A stretch of 63,914 bases of DNA, counting the filler, from Fonticula-like sp. SCN 57-25 (Eukaryota), in NCBI GenBank assembly GCA_001724245.1. It is 9 parts of 9 records of this genome, joined end to end, with 100 filler letters (N's around TTAATTAATTAA, not from the genome) between each part and the next. Parts side by side here need not be neighbours in the genome. Positions count along the whole stretch, not along the records: positions 28,000 to 34,515 come from MEDX01000702.1; positions 34,616 to 41,079 come from MEDX01000703.1; positions 41,180 to 47,588 come from MEDX01000704.1; 6 more parts are not named here. The stretch is one strand, 5' to 3'. Shown piece after piece: positions 31,794 to 44,294 of the stretch (its first letter is position 1; each line of letters starts with the position of its first letter). Position numbers and translations under genes: made by a program. A model generated the notes under the pieces. The model was not told the DNA's origin, did no database searches, and saw only the letters and a list, made by a program, of their open reading frames with translations.

Positions 31794-34515
31794 CTACCAC
31801 TCTCTTCGATTGCTGAGCACAGAGTTCTCTGGGAGGTACGTCGAATCCCTACCATCAGCTGACCCAATTTCGTCAGGGGCCATGGCCGCGTAGTTCCGCC
31901 TCTTCCCTCTTGTTCGTGTATGAGTGCGAATGCCGTACGATGTTTTATCGTCAGCAGCGCTACCCTTCACGCGATTTAGATTGGATACGGGAGGGGAGTT
32001 TAGAGGCACGCTCCTGTTGGCTCCATGAGTCGACGATTTTTTTGCTTCGGGTATCATTATGCGTTTCAGGAGGTTGCGAGGAGCTTCAACCTCTGATCCC
32101 TCATCTGCAGCGAGTATGTAATGACCGACATCATTAACCTCTTTCACAGTGAACGGACCTGTGAATCGGTCGTCGCCTTTACAGTCTTGCACTGTCTTGT
32201 GCATTACTCGGTCGCCAGCTTTCAGAGACACTGATTCATCAGCTTTCGCTCTCCCGGCAGCACCAACTCGCATCCTGATTACTGCCTCGGGTACTGTCTG
32301 GCTATGCAGCTCCCAGAATTTCTCCAGGGAACGCTGGGATTCACCCAGATTAACTTTCCCTGCGGTACTCGCTGGAAAGGGTGATCTTCCCAGCATCAGA
32401 GCAAAGGGAGTAGCCTGCGTTACACGATTCACTCTCGTGTTAACTGCAAATTGCACCCAAGGTAGCAATTCTTCCCACCTCTCTTGCCAGACCCCTTCCC
32501 CCTCAGAGAGAGAACGCATCAACTTATTGATCGTTTCCCTCACCGCTCTATTCGCTCTCTCAACCACCCCGTTACTATGGTGGTCATATGCAATAGTAAC
32601 GTGGTGTTGTACATGTCCTTTCTCCAGGAGATTGGACAATAACTTATTACAGAATTCTTTCCCACCATCCGTTTTGAGATGGGCTGGGTATCCCACCAGA
32701 GAGAACACGTCTAGCAACTGCAGTTGCACCTCCTCGGCCCTCTTTGTCATCAACGGTTTTAGGAACACAAATCCAGTTAGCTGGTCGATAACAACCAACA
32801 GGTAAGTAAAACCTTTCTTGCTTCTCACCAATTGCAGGGTGTCTACCTGCACATACTGCATGGGAAGCCACATTTTGGGCTTCCTGGAAGATGCGTAAGC
32901 GATTTTCTGGCATTGACTCTCTGATATGCCAGGCATCCCAAAACCGCTTCCTCACACCGATCTTTCAGGTGCGGCACTCTCTCAAGCCCGAGGGTGTGCG
33001 CAATGTGTGAGTACATGGCCGATGCGCCCCAATGCCCTAATTCATGTACGTAGTTAATTAGTTTATCCAGTTCATCACCACTCCACTCTTTAGTAGCCGG
33101 TGCTTCAGTCCAATCACGGACGTGGAAGCTCTGAACTCTGGACGCCAGATCAGGCAGCACGTTTTTGGATCCTGCCACATGATAAACCTCGAATTGGTAC
33201 TCGGCTAAATCAGCCAGCCACCCAGCCATGATGGTGTTCTTTTTGGGCTTATCCAAGCTGTTCAACACAGCGGTCAGTGCCTGTGCATCCGTATGGAGTT
33301 TAAATGGCTTTCCGAGAAGTAGGTCTTTGTAGTATTTTACGTGGAATAGGATTGAAATTAATTCTTTTTTAGGTACAGAGTACCTCTGTTCTGCTGGATT
33401 CAGCGATCGAGAGTTAAACCCGAGATAGTGGACCTTCCCGCTAGCAACTTGGAATAGGATGGCACCAATGGCGTGAGTGCTGGCATCTGTAGCCAGCTCA
33501 ATAGGCACTCCTTTTAAGGGAAATGACAAGAATGGTCCCTTTTGCACCAACAAGGTATAGGCCTTCTGTAACGCCTCCTCCGCTCCAGGTTGATCCTCCC
33601 AATTGAACTTGCGAGATCTAATCTGCATTATTGGCCAAAGCACGTCCGTTGCGTTGGGGATGAACCGACGGAAATAATTGAGGATTCCCAGTAATGACTG
33701 CACTTTCTTCCTTGTGTCTGGACGCTTCCAGTCCAACATGTTGCACACCTTGGACAGATTAGGCCTCATCCCACCTGGTTCCAACCAGTAACCCAACACT
33801 GGCAATTTGGTTGCGAACCAGTAGCATTTACTTGGGTTCACGGTAAGTTTCACAGATGTTAATGCTTCTAATACTTTTGTGACATGCTCCACATGGGCAT
33901 CCACTGAACTACTAGCAACCACAATATCGTCAATATGGTTGACAGAATTGTCAAGACATCCATGAACTTGGAGGAGGCTCTTTATCCATCGCTGGAATTG
34001 ACTGGGGATGACCTTGAGTCCCAGCGGCGCAGTGATAAAGCGATAGCGCTTATTATCACAGGTAAACGCGCAAATAGACCTATCTTGCTTTCGCAGGGGG
34101 ATTTGTAAATAAGCAGACCGCAGGTCTATTTTGCTGTAGATAACTGGGTACATCCTAGCAAGGCGTTCAAAAGCATCATTAACGCCGGGGACGTCACACG
34201 TGTCACCCTCAATTAGGTCATTGAGGGGCTTGAAATTGTGGACGATCCTTTCTTTCCCAGAATGAATAGGGAATCCGTTTATGTTAAATGGACCAACTGG
34301 CAATGTAGAAGCCTGCTTTCCATTATTGGACTGATTATTCTTTCCCATGCTTTCCCGAGAGTAGGATGGATGGTCAAATGTCTCCTCTACAATTCCTCTT
34401 GACAACCACTCCCCTACTTGCCGTTTATAGAATTCGAGTGCATGGGTGGACATTGAGACTTGATGTCTCCAAACTCCTTTGTACCTGTCTTCTTCCTTGT
34501 AGAATGTTATAGAGA
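31794..34515 (-). mobile_element. Ty3/Gypsy LTR retrotransposon pol (RT, RNase H, integrase), frameshifted near 32930, 5' truncated
   Basis: SKIDLRSAYLQI, PLGLK, HIDDIVV, TDAS, ELISI, VAGSKNVLPDLASR; integrase HELGH, IDQLTG, TDGGKEF, NGVVER, GPF; order RT-RH-INT. Confidence 0.92.
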
Positions 34516-35338
34516 NNNNNNNNNNNNNNNNNNNNNNNNNNNNNNNNNNNNNNNNNNNNTTAATTAATTAANNNNNNNNNNNNNNNNNNNNNNNNNNNNN
34601 NNNNNNNNNNNNNNNGGGCTGCACAAGCGAGTGCAGCTGGAGACGGAGAATTTGTCACAGGGAACGTCCATGGCGGCAACGCCGGCGGCGCTCTCACGCC
34701 ACGCGTCAAGGCTGCAACCTCTGTACGATCCCGAATGTGGAGTTTATTGTTGCTAATGCATGGCAAAGGTTCCAAAACGATGCCACGGGTCAAGCATGGA
34801 GGAAATTAACGTGCGCATTTTCGTTATTTTATATTGTAATTTGCTTGTTTATATTGGCATTTTGCTCGTTTATGTTGACTGTTCCTTCCTTTTATATTGG
34901 ATTTTCATGGTCCACTGACAAGTTCCTTTCAGTGAATTTGAGCCTGTCAAGGCGGCCGAATCGGCCATGCAGGCGACGCAGGTGCAGCTTGAGACGGAAA
35001 TGGACCGCCTGCTGGCGTCGCAGGCGCGCGTCGCCGAGCTCGAAAGTGAAATTGAGCGTCTAAGAATGTCGATTCCAGCGCCAAGGAACATGCGGGAGCC
35101 GCCGGTGGGTGACTTGTTGCAGCTCTAATGGCATATCAATGGGCGTATCAATGGGCGTATCAGTATCTGTAAATATATTTACCAAGCATTATAATGGAAA
35201 GTAGCAAACCAACAGTATCGTCATCAGCATCAGCATCAGCATCGTCAAGCATCAGCATCGGCATCAGCATCAGCATCTTCTCTTCAACCTCACTTCTTCT
35301 TCTGTCTTTCTTCTTCTTCAACTTCATATTTGAGCTCG

Positions 35339-36443
35339 CTACTCTATCGACGTCTCTGCGCCTGCAAACTGGATTGCCAACCCGTCGTACGCTGGCCTTA
35401 CGCAAATATCCGGGTGATCGGCGATCAGCTGCTCGGCGTGTCAGTACGCGCGCACGCGGCATCAAGCCACGTACCGTATTGCGTAGCGTGTTGTGGTCAA
35501 TTCCGTGGCAGAAGCCCGTCAAAAGCGCGTACCGCGGCATGAACCGCCGGATCGCCTCGATCGCCTGGTCGACAGAAAAGTGGCTCGGGTACGCCGTGTA
35601 GTCTGCCGACGTGGTTAGCAGCGCGCACTTCTTCATATAAAGGCGTACGGAGCGCGTCGACAATGAGCACCTTGCACCCCGCGATCTTTGCGGCGGCCTC
35701 GTCGGGGATTCCCGACACGTCCGAGATGTAGACGATGTCGTCGAAGCGGTAGCCGAGGCATATGTAGTCGGGCCCGTGCCACACCTCGATCGGCTGAAAG
35801 GCGAGGCCGGCGACCGTGACGGGCGCGTCAGACGACTCAAACACGTGAAAGTCGACGGCGGGCACCTGGCCGCCGCCCGTCGCCTTGGCAGCATCGACAA
35901 TGTAAGGGAACATGCGCTGGACGCCGGCAAAGTAGCGGCGGTGACAATGCACGTGCACGACATCCTGCGGGCCGCGCAGCGTAAACATGCGAAGATCGTC
36001 GAGGCCGAGAACGGCGTCGGCGTGATCGTGCGTCAGAAGAACGCCATCGACCGTGCGGACATTGTGCTGCGGAAAGTAGGTGATGACAGAATCATAAAAG
36101 CTCTTGCTGCAGTCAATTACAACATGCCGCAGCGAGCCGGACGAATCCTCAAATGCAATTAGTAGACTCGTGTTGCGGCGGCGATTGCGCGAGCCAGGCA
36201 GAAGTGCGTCGTGGCAAACCTGCAGCACAGCATCGTTAGAGCCCAGCAGGCACGGCATTAACTAGACGTACGAGGCACGGTTTCTCCGCCTGATGGTCAG
36301 TGAGGCATTTGATCACCGGGACCTGTGACGACGTCCCTGTCAACGAACAGTCATTAGCAAGAGCATTCCCGGCCGCGAGGCGTGCCTGTCCCGAGGAACA
36401 CAATCGACTTGACCGACTTTGGCCGCCAATCGTCCCCCGACAT
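35339..36443 (-). CDS. Metallo-beta-lactamase-fold hydrolase, PhnP-like (multi-exon)
   Basis: VFLGT|GTSSQVP, NRRRNTSLLI, IDCSKSF, LTHDHADAVLGLDDLR, VWHG, YISDVS, SHF, PAYDGL. Confidence 0.88.
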
Positions 36444-36739
36444 CCCGGTTGCTGTCAGCGTCAGCCTATCCACGTGGCCAAATTTGATTGTGCAATGCAT
36501 ACCTGCTGCCAGGTGAGTAGTGTAGACCTGAACGTGCCATAAATATAGTCATATGGACTGCGATATGGACAGTAAAATAGTACGGTCAGCATGTACATAC
36601 ATTGGCAGAAAAGTTGTTATGGCATTACGGAGATGGACACCATGGATCATGGACATCCTACCTTTACCGGGAATGATCGCCATCGTACTGGGAATAGTGT
36701 GTATTAACAAGCATAAATCTCTCTTTCTCGCTGAATTAT

Positions 36740-38515
36740 TCAGGCCAAGCAGTATTTCGTGAGCGCCGACAAGTCGAGCCCATCAAAGCCCTTTGCAAAC
36801 TCGAGGAGCGCCGCACCGATCTGCTTGACGCCGCCCGCCTTGTCGCTCTGGATGTTGAGCGGGAGCACGGGATCGTGGAGCGACAGCCTGAGCAGCAGCC
36901 AGCCATTGCCGCGCTCCTCGTCGAGCGAGATGCGCACGCCCTCAAAGTTGGGCTTGACAAGCGTCCACCCGGGCTGCGCCTCGGCGTACTGCGTGAGGCC
37001 CTCAATGACCTTCTTGCCATAGTCGGCAAAGTCCGGAACGCCGACCTTGAAGCGGAACTCTTCGTCCTCGACGGGCTCGCGAAGGCTCTCAATGAGAGAA
37101 AAGATCGAGCGGGGGCGAAGACGCGCCATCTGAATAAGGATCTTGACCACGAGGTAAGCGCCGTCATCCAAAAAGTGGTTCTCCTTCATGGCGCCGTGGC
37201 CTAAACACACAGTCAGCAAAGACTTTGCAATGTAATTTTATTCGTACCCGACGTCTCGATGGCGAGGTGGCACTCTTCGCCGGCGGCGTTGAGGCGCACC
37301 GCCTCGTTGATGACGTTCTTGTAGCCGCGCTTGAAGCGGTGGTGGCGGCCCTTGAGGTGGCCCTCGATGAAATCGCGCAGGCCGTTGGAAGTGATCGAGT
37401 CGGTCACAATGGTCGTGCCGGGGTGCTCCTCGGCAACAATCGCTAAAGTAAAGTGTGAGTTTGATAGTAGAAAAACTTGAATAATGACACAAAAATAATA
37501 GAAATATGTACAAAGACACGCATATCATATCATAAAGACATTGCCACAACAAACAGCTTCTTCATATCAAATGCGCACCAGCGAGGAGGGCGATGAGGCG
37601 GTCGCGGTTGATTTCGTTGCCCTGAGGGTCGACGACGGCGGCGCGGTCGACGTCCGTGTCAAAGACAATGCCGAGGTCGGCCTTGGCGGCGAGCGTCGCC
37701 GTGCGAGCGGCCTCCATGGCCTCCTTCGCCTCGGGGTTGGGCACGTGGTTCGGGAAAAGACCGTCGGGCTCGAGGAACTGGCTGCCGGTCGTGTCGGCGC
37801 CGAGCGGCACGAGCACCTTGCCGACGAAGAAGCCGCCGGCGCCGTTGCCGGCGTCGACAATGATCTTGAAGCCAGACAGCGGCTGCTCGAGCGACGTGGC
37901 GGTGCGGATGGCCGACACGAGCTGGCCGGCGTACACCGACATAAAGTCGACCTGCGCGATGCTCACGGCCACGTCGGCGGGGATGGGCGACTCGGCCTCG
38001 CGGCGGGATGCGCCCGAGAGGATCTCGGCAATGTCCTTGCTCTCGAGGCCGCCCGCGGCGGTGAAGAACTTGAGGCCGTTGCGGTTGAACGGGAGGTGGC
38101 TCGCCGTCAGCATGATGGCGCCGTCGTAGCGGTGGCCCTCGGTGATGGTGCTCATGAACATGGCCGGGGTCGACGCGAGGCCGAAGTCGGTCACGGTGGC
38201 GCCCGCGGCGCACAGGCCGTGCGCGACGGCGGCCTTCATCTGGGGCGCGCTCACGCGGCTGTCGTGGCCGATAGAGACGCGCAGCGGCGACGACGAAGCC
38301 GACACCTTGCCGCGCAACCACTCGGCGAACGAGGCGCCGATCAGCGCCACGACCTCGTGGGTGAGGTTAACAGACTCGCCAGCGACGCCCTCAATGGCGA
38401 CGCCGCGGATGTCAGAGCCATTCTGGAGCTTCTTCCACTTGTCAGCGCCCGCAGCCGGAGCCTACCGCCACGTCAGTCACATGGCACGCGCCATCCCCGC
38501 CCACACGCGCACCAT
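36740..38515 (-). CDS. Phosphomannomutase/phosphoglucomutase-family enzyme (multi-exon)
   Basis: LQNGSDIRG, TASHLP phosphoserine loop, FDTDVDR metal loop, IETSGH, RLSLHDP. Confidence 0.92.
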
Positions 38516-38598
38516 CCTGCCGTCGGGTTCAATCGGTTTACGTCGGTTTGGGTCGGTTTCGCGTCGGTTTTACTCATTATTGTCCACGTGGACAGGCG
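38516..38598. promoter_or_regulatory. Very short bidirectional promoter with a perfect 14-bp E-box palindrome TGTCCACGTGGACA (38581-38594)
   Basis: About 83 bp separate the divergent ATGs; the palindrome is directly visible. Confidence 0.5.
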
Positions 38599-40432
38599 AT
38601 GGCGGCGATGAAGGTCGAGGAAGGGGCGCGCCTGGGGTCTCGCATGGAGCAGCGCCAGCAGCAGGAGCCAAAGCAGCGACTCTGCCGCACGCTCAACTGG
38701 CCCCACGACAGGTTCGTTTTGTATAAACATGCGCGATTGCTCATCTCCTTGTGCATTAGCTTTCCCGGAATCAAGCCGGTGGCCATGTCGCGCCGCGACA
38801 TGTCCAGCCTCCTGTCTCACAACTATCTCGTGTATGAGCCCATTGCGGACGCTCGCCGTCTCCTCTTTTACTATATCTCGGACAAGACGCGCAACACGCT
38901 CTACCTGATAGACGAGGACTGGTCCGTCCGGTACATTGATGTTTGCCTCCCGCAGATCGGCGCCGCGCCGCTGAAAGACACACTCCTCGATTGCGTGCTG
39001 ACGATGCGGCCTGGTGGTGATGCGGGCGAGCCCGTACCGACGTTCATTGTCACCGACGTGATGATGATGGACGGCGTCGTGCTGACGCACAAGCCGCTCA
39101 CAAGCCGTCTCGGCGTACGCCAGGTAGATTATATGGGTTTATGCTGATGCCGTGCATAGAATTATGCGGGATTTCATGCGGCGATCTTGAAGGCGGCGGC
39201 GGAGCGAAAGGAAAAAGGCGAATCGTACGCATTTCCCTATCCGATGGAGCTGTGCAAGATGGAGCGCGCGTATGCGGTGCCGCAGATGGCCAAGGATCGG
39301 TCCGTCAAGGGCCTCATGTTTGTTCCGGCGCACCTTCCCTACACAGCAGGGCTGTGCTCGCACAAGTACGATAAAATACTGTTTATGTAGTATTAGTGAT
39401 GTGTGCAAATATGTGATTATATGTGTGATTTTGTTACTTTTGATATATTTTTGTGCCATTTTTCCCCAATTTTGTGACATTTCCATTCATTTTTGACCCA
39501 TTTCTGCCATTATACCTCCAATTTCTCCCAATTTACCTTCAATTTCTCCCCATTTTACTCACTTTCACCCCAATTTTCTTCACTTTAGGTTTGAATGGCG
39601 CCCTCCCGGTCACTTTCCCGTCAACTTTTCCGCTCACCTTTCGCCCTCGTTCCCCCCCACCGTCGAGCTCTACTGCTTGCAGCGCCTCGGCCCCAAAAAG
39701 TTCATCGACTACGCCGTCTTTGACGACGCAGCAGCCGCCACGTGGTCACGCTCACCTCCATCAGGCGCCTTTGCGGTCACGTGCCGCTTTGACACGTCAT
39801 CCGAACTGTCTTTCCCGCCCGACGGCCTTTCACCGGACCCTCTTTCAAGCCGCATTTCAAATATGATTTCCGATTCAGCCCGCCGCGGCGCGTGGCGCAT
39901 TATTTGCGAAAATAGCACCGCCGCCGTCACCGAATACGACGCACTTGATCACGTCATCCGCAGCATTTTGCATTCAGTTTCACTTGACGATCTGATCTCG
40001 GCGGCCGTCGGCATTCGTGACGCATGGAAGTCGCGCGAAACATTAAGTAGTACTAATGCTGTTGCTACTACAACTAATACTAAATCTTCTACTACTACTA
40101 CTACTAAATCTTCTACTACTAATACTACTACTCGGAAACAGCCAGTGTCGCTGAACCGTTACGAAGAAGCCGACCTCGGCAGCGAAGAAAGAAAGCGAAA
40201 ACTGCTGCGATTGGCGGGCGCAGAGGCACATGGACACGACCACGTGGACCATAACCACGGCGGTGCCGAGTCCTTTCGGGCGAGCGGCGAGACGCATGAG
40301 GGTGATATTGTGCGCATGTATGACAGGGGTGTGCGTCACGTGCCGCGAGTTGGGTTGGGGTTTGAGCGGCTTGATGAGGGCGATGAGGCGGAAGGGCAGT
40401 TTTTTGCAGAGGAGCCACGTGATCAATCATAA
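38599..40432 (+). CDS. mRNA guanylyltransferase-like protein with degenerate active site and C-terminal SMAP-like domain (multi-exon)
   Basis: FPGIKPVAMSR, NYLVYEP, DTLLD, KPLTSRL, GLMF, EWRP; tail YEEADLGSEERKRKLLRLAGA...VGLGF. Confidence 0.65.
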
Positions 40433-40743
40433 GCAAAGGAGCAATGAAGGAGAATATGGAGGAATATGAAGAAATTGATGTGGAATTGATGTACATATTT
40501 GGTGTTTTTGCCCTTGGCGGTAATATAAATGGTCATGTATGGTAATAGATAAAAGTCATTTCAATGAACAGCGTACATGAACATGAACATTCAGAATATG
40601 TCCAAAGGTAACTTTATAGATAAATCTGTTATTTCCTTCGTGTGTTGAACAATATAATCATAATAATGATATGCAAAGAAGAATGGCTCTAATGTATTGA
40701 GACTAGATGGCTATGAACCACAACAAAACATGCATGAAAACTG

Positions 40744-41079
<336 letters not shown>

Positions 41080-41179
41080 NNNNNNNNNNNNNNNNNNNNN
41101 NNNNNNNNNNNNNNNNNNNNNNNTTAATTAATTAANNNNNNNNNNNNNNNNNNNNNNNNNNNNNNNNNNNNNNNNNNNN

Positions 41180-41368
41180 GCCCAGTGGATGAAGTTTCTG
41201 GCCTTCTCCGTGATCGTTGCGCTGGCCTGGCATGCCTGGGTCGGCATGTGCAGCATCTGGATGGACTACATCAAGCCCGTGGGACTGCGCCTGGTGCTGC
41301 AGGTTTTCACCATCATCTGGCTCGTCGGCTGCGCGGGCTGGGGCTTCCAGGTTCTGTGGCGTCTTTGA
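41180..41368 (+). CDS. sdhD: Bacterial succinate dehydrogenase membrane anchor, C-terminal part (not in the ORF track)
   Basis: AQWMKFLAFSVIVALAWHAWVGMCSIWMDYIKPVGLRLVLQVFTIIWLVGCAGWGFQVLWRL*; high GC; a probable sdhA start (MSYTS) follows at 41404. Confidence 0.88.
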   Translation, partial: AQWMKFLAFSVIVALAWHAWVGMCSIWMDYIKPVGLRLVLQVFTIIWLVGCAGWGFQVLWRL

Positions 41369-41499
41369 GCGTCGCCTCACACACTGAAAAACAAGGCTAA
41401 GCCATGAGTTACACCTCTTTGTAAAAAAATTGGTGTATGGAATTAAAACATACAGCGTAGGTCGCTCAAAAGCAATTGGTTTACTGTAGAAAACAAAGT

Positions 41500-42431
41500 T
41501 TAAAGTTGCTTCAATTCCTTGAAGGTTTTTGTCTTGTTGTCCAGATAGGCGTGTCCACAATCTTCGATTACCAATTCGCCTTTAGTTTTGCCTGAGTTAC
41601 TTCCACAAACTTCAATTGCCTTGGCAATTTCCATTCCTTCAACAACCTTTCCAAATACGGTATGCTTTCCGTTCAACCACTTCACACACACACACACACA
41701 TTTGAGCATATAATCACAAGAAGAAGAGCAACTTACATGGCATTCAGTAAAGGTGATGAAGAACTGAGACCCATTGGTGTTTGGTCCTTTGAGAATGTTG
41801 AAAAGTAATGTTCATTCTTGAGACGCAAAAACTCAATCATACCTGCATTTGCCATACTGATAACCCCAGTATCGTGTTTCAGCACAAAATTTTCATCAGC
41901 AAATTTTTTGCCGTAAATGGATATCCCACCGGTACCATTCCCCTTCTCAAAGTCACCGCCTTGCATCATGAATTGCGGGATCACGCGATGAAGTACCGAG
42001 CCCTTGTAGTGCAGCAGTTTCTTGCTGCTCGGGTCCACATGATTTCCGATGCACAGAACCCTGAAATTCTCAGCAGTCTTTGGCGTTACTTGTTTATTGA
42101 GTTCAATGAAAATGGAGCCCAGTGGTTTTGAATCGCGGGAAATGCGCAGGAACACCACGGGGAAGTTCAAGTTGAGAAGATTGAAATCTTGGGCCATGAG
42201 TTTGTAGCTGTTATTGTAGCGTGAGACGTTGCATTCCGTTGGCCACTTGTTGTGACAAAGTATTTTGAAGGTTCCAAATTCTGGTTTTTCAATTACCTCA
42301 TGCCACATTCGGGATACACGCGTACAGTTGAACAAGTCCTTGACGTCAAGAAATTGGACTACGACAGAGATGACGTCAGTCACTGGTGGAAATGTGCTTT
42401 TTTGTTGTGGCATTGCTAGTTGGTGGGCCAA
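41500..42431 (-). CDS. F-box-cyclophilin fusion (multi-exon)
   Basis: F-box [29 protein letters not shown]; cyclophilin [47 protein letters not shown]. Confidence 0.85.
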
Positions 42432-42513
42432 TGTAAGTACAAGGAAAATAAAAATAATTCAAGAAGATGTGTGACTTCAAAAACCTGTTGTCGCAATTTT
42501 GGTAAACTGGACC

Positions 42514-44169
42514 ATGATTCGCGCCAAGAATTTCACAAAATGGCGTCTTGCTTTTTCACCAATGAAGCGATTCAGTTCTGCATTATTTGCGCCCAGGGTA
42601 CACCTCTTCTCGCAACAACACACCTGCCACCACAATTCACACAAGCAAATCATTCGCATTACGGAAGGGGCCAAATTTTCCAATGCAACCTCTAAAAAAA
42701 GGAGAGGACTGACTTGGGCCGAAATTGGACTAATTGTTGTGGTTGTTGGTGGTCTTTCATTTGAACTATTCTCCTATTTTCGAAGCGAATCACGACAGCC
42801 AACACAGCAGCACCAGAACCAGTACCAACAAGAAGAACATCAACTTCATGACGATAGTGTAGCTGCGAAGCTCTCCAATGCTTGGATGAAACTAGTGCGC
42901 AAGTTCAAAGACACCCCAATGGCTCTCAGTTTCATTGCTGCCAACACAGCCATCTTCCTTTTGTGTAAAGCACGTCCCTCGCTGCTGCCTCGCTTGGCAC
43001 TCTCCATTGAACACACTTACAATGGCCGCAAATGGTTTACCTTACTGAGCAGCGCGTTTCTTCACTCTGAGTGGTGGCACTTTGGCTTGAACATGTATGT
43101 GCTCTACACGTTCAAAACACTCGAATTTGAGCTCGGGTCTGGTCCCTTTGCGTTACTCTACCTGGCATCTGGAATGTCCTCATCACTACTCAGTTTGCTC
43201 GTCAAAATTTGGAGATCTGCTCTGAGTATTAGCTTGGGTGCCAGTGGTTGCATCTATGGAATCATGGTATGTGAGTGTGCATTGTTACTTTTTTTTTAAA
43301 TAGCAATTGTCTTTTGCACGAGTATATAACTGTTATTCTTGGATGCTTTGCAACAACAACAACAACAATAACAACATACATAGGTTGCTTATGCGTTGGA
43401 ACACCCGGATCACCAATTTTCGATTGTGTTTCTGCCCTTCTTCTCATTCAGTGCAGCATCAGCTGTTACAGTTATTTTAGCATTGGATCTGTTTGGTCTA
43501 TTTTCAAAGCGATTCCGTTTATTTGACCACGCTGGTCACTTGGGTGGGGCACTTGCTGGCTTCTTATGCTGGTTGGCATTGCGGCAATTTTACTCTGGTG
43601 CAATGGTACCACGAAGAGATACATACACGCGTTACAATGAAACATATGAGGGAGAACTGGTTGGATTCAAGACACGTGAAGGTATGGGCGACTGGAACAT
43701 CAACGGTATGCGCTATCGCGGTAATTTCAAGAATGGGAAACCGCATGGGATGGGCGAGCAATGGAGTAAAACAGTTTATGTGCATGGGGAGTTCAAGGAG
43801 GGAAAATTTGTACGAGGAAAGATGATTGGACCAAATTTTGTTGCCGAAGGTGAATTTTTGCACGCGCAACTTACGAGGGGAATGCTCATAGTGAACAATG
43901 AAGTGAAAATGATGGGAACGTTTAACATGAATCGAGAGTTGCACGGACCCAACTGTGAACTTTTTTGGCTCAAGAAGGGGATAGTCTATCGAGGAAACGT
44001 GGAGAATGGAAAATTGAAGGGTGAGGGACAGCTTTCTCGTGTTGACGGATGGACGTTTAAGAGTGACTCGTTCACTGGGAACAACAAGGATGTCATCAGG
44101 GGCCAATGCGTCAATCCAAAAGGTGATGCAGTTGACTGCATTATTACCATTCATGAATGGCTGCGATAA
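42514..44169 (+). CDS. PARL-like rhomboid protease with C-terminal MORN-like repeats (intron 43267-43383)
   Basis: Basic presequence; SAFLH...HFGLNM, SLGASG, DHAGHLGG; repeats YEGE, YRGNFKNGKPHGMG, YRGNVENGKLKGEG. Confidence 0.82.
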
Positions 44170-44294
44170 AGTGGTGGCACTCTCTAGCGAGACAAACATG
44201 CCCCCAGTTGTTCGTTATTCCTGAAAAAAACTGCTTTTGTTGAAATTTGTTTGTTGCTGTTTCAATACATTGGTTGCCCAACAATAATAGCAGC

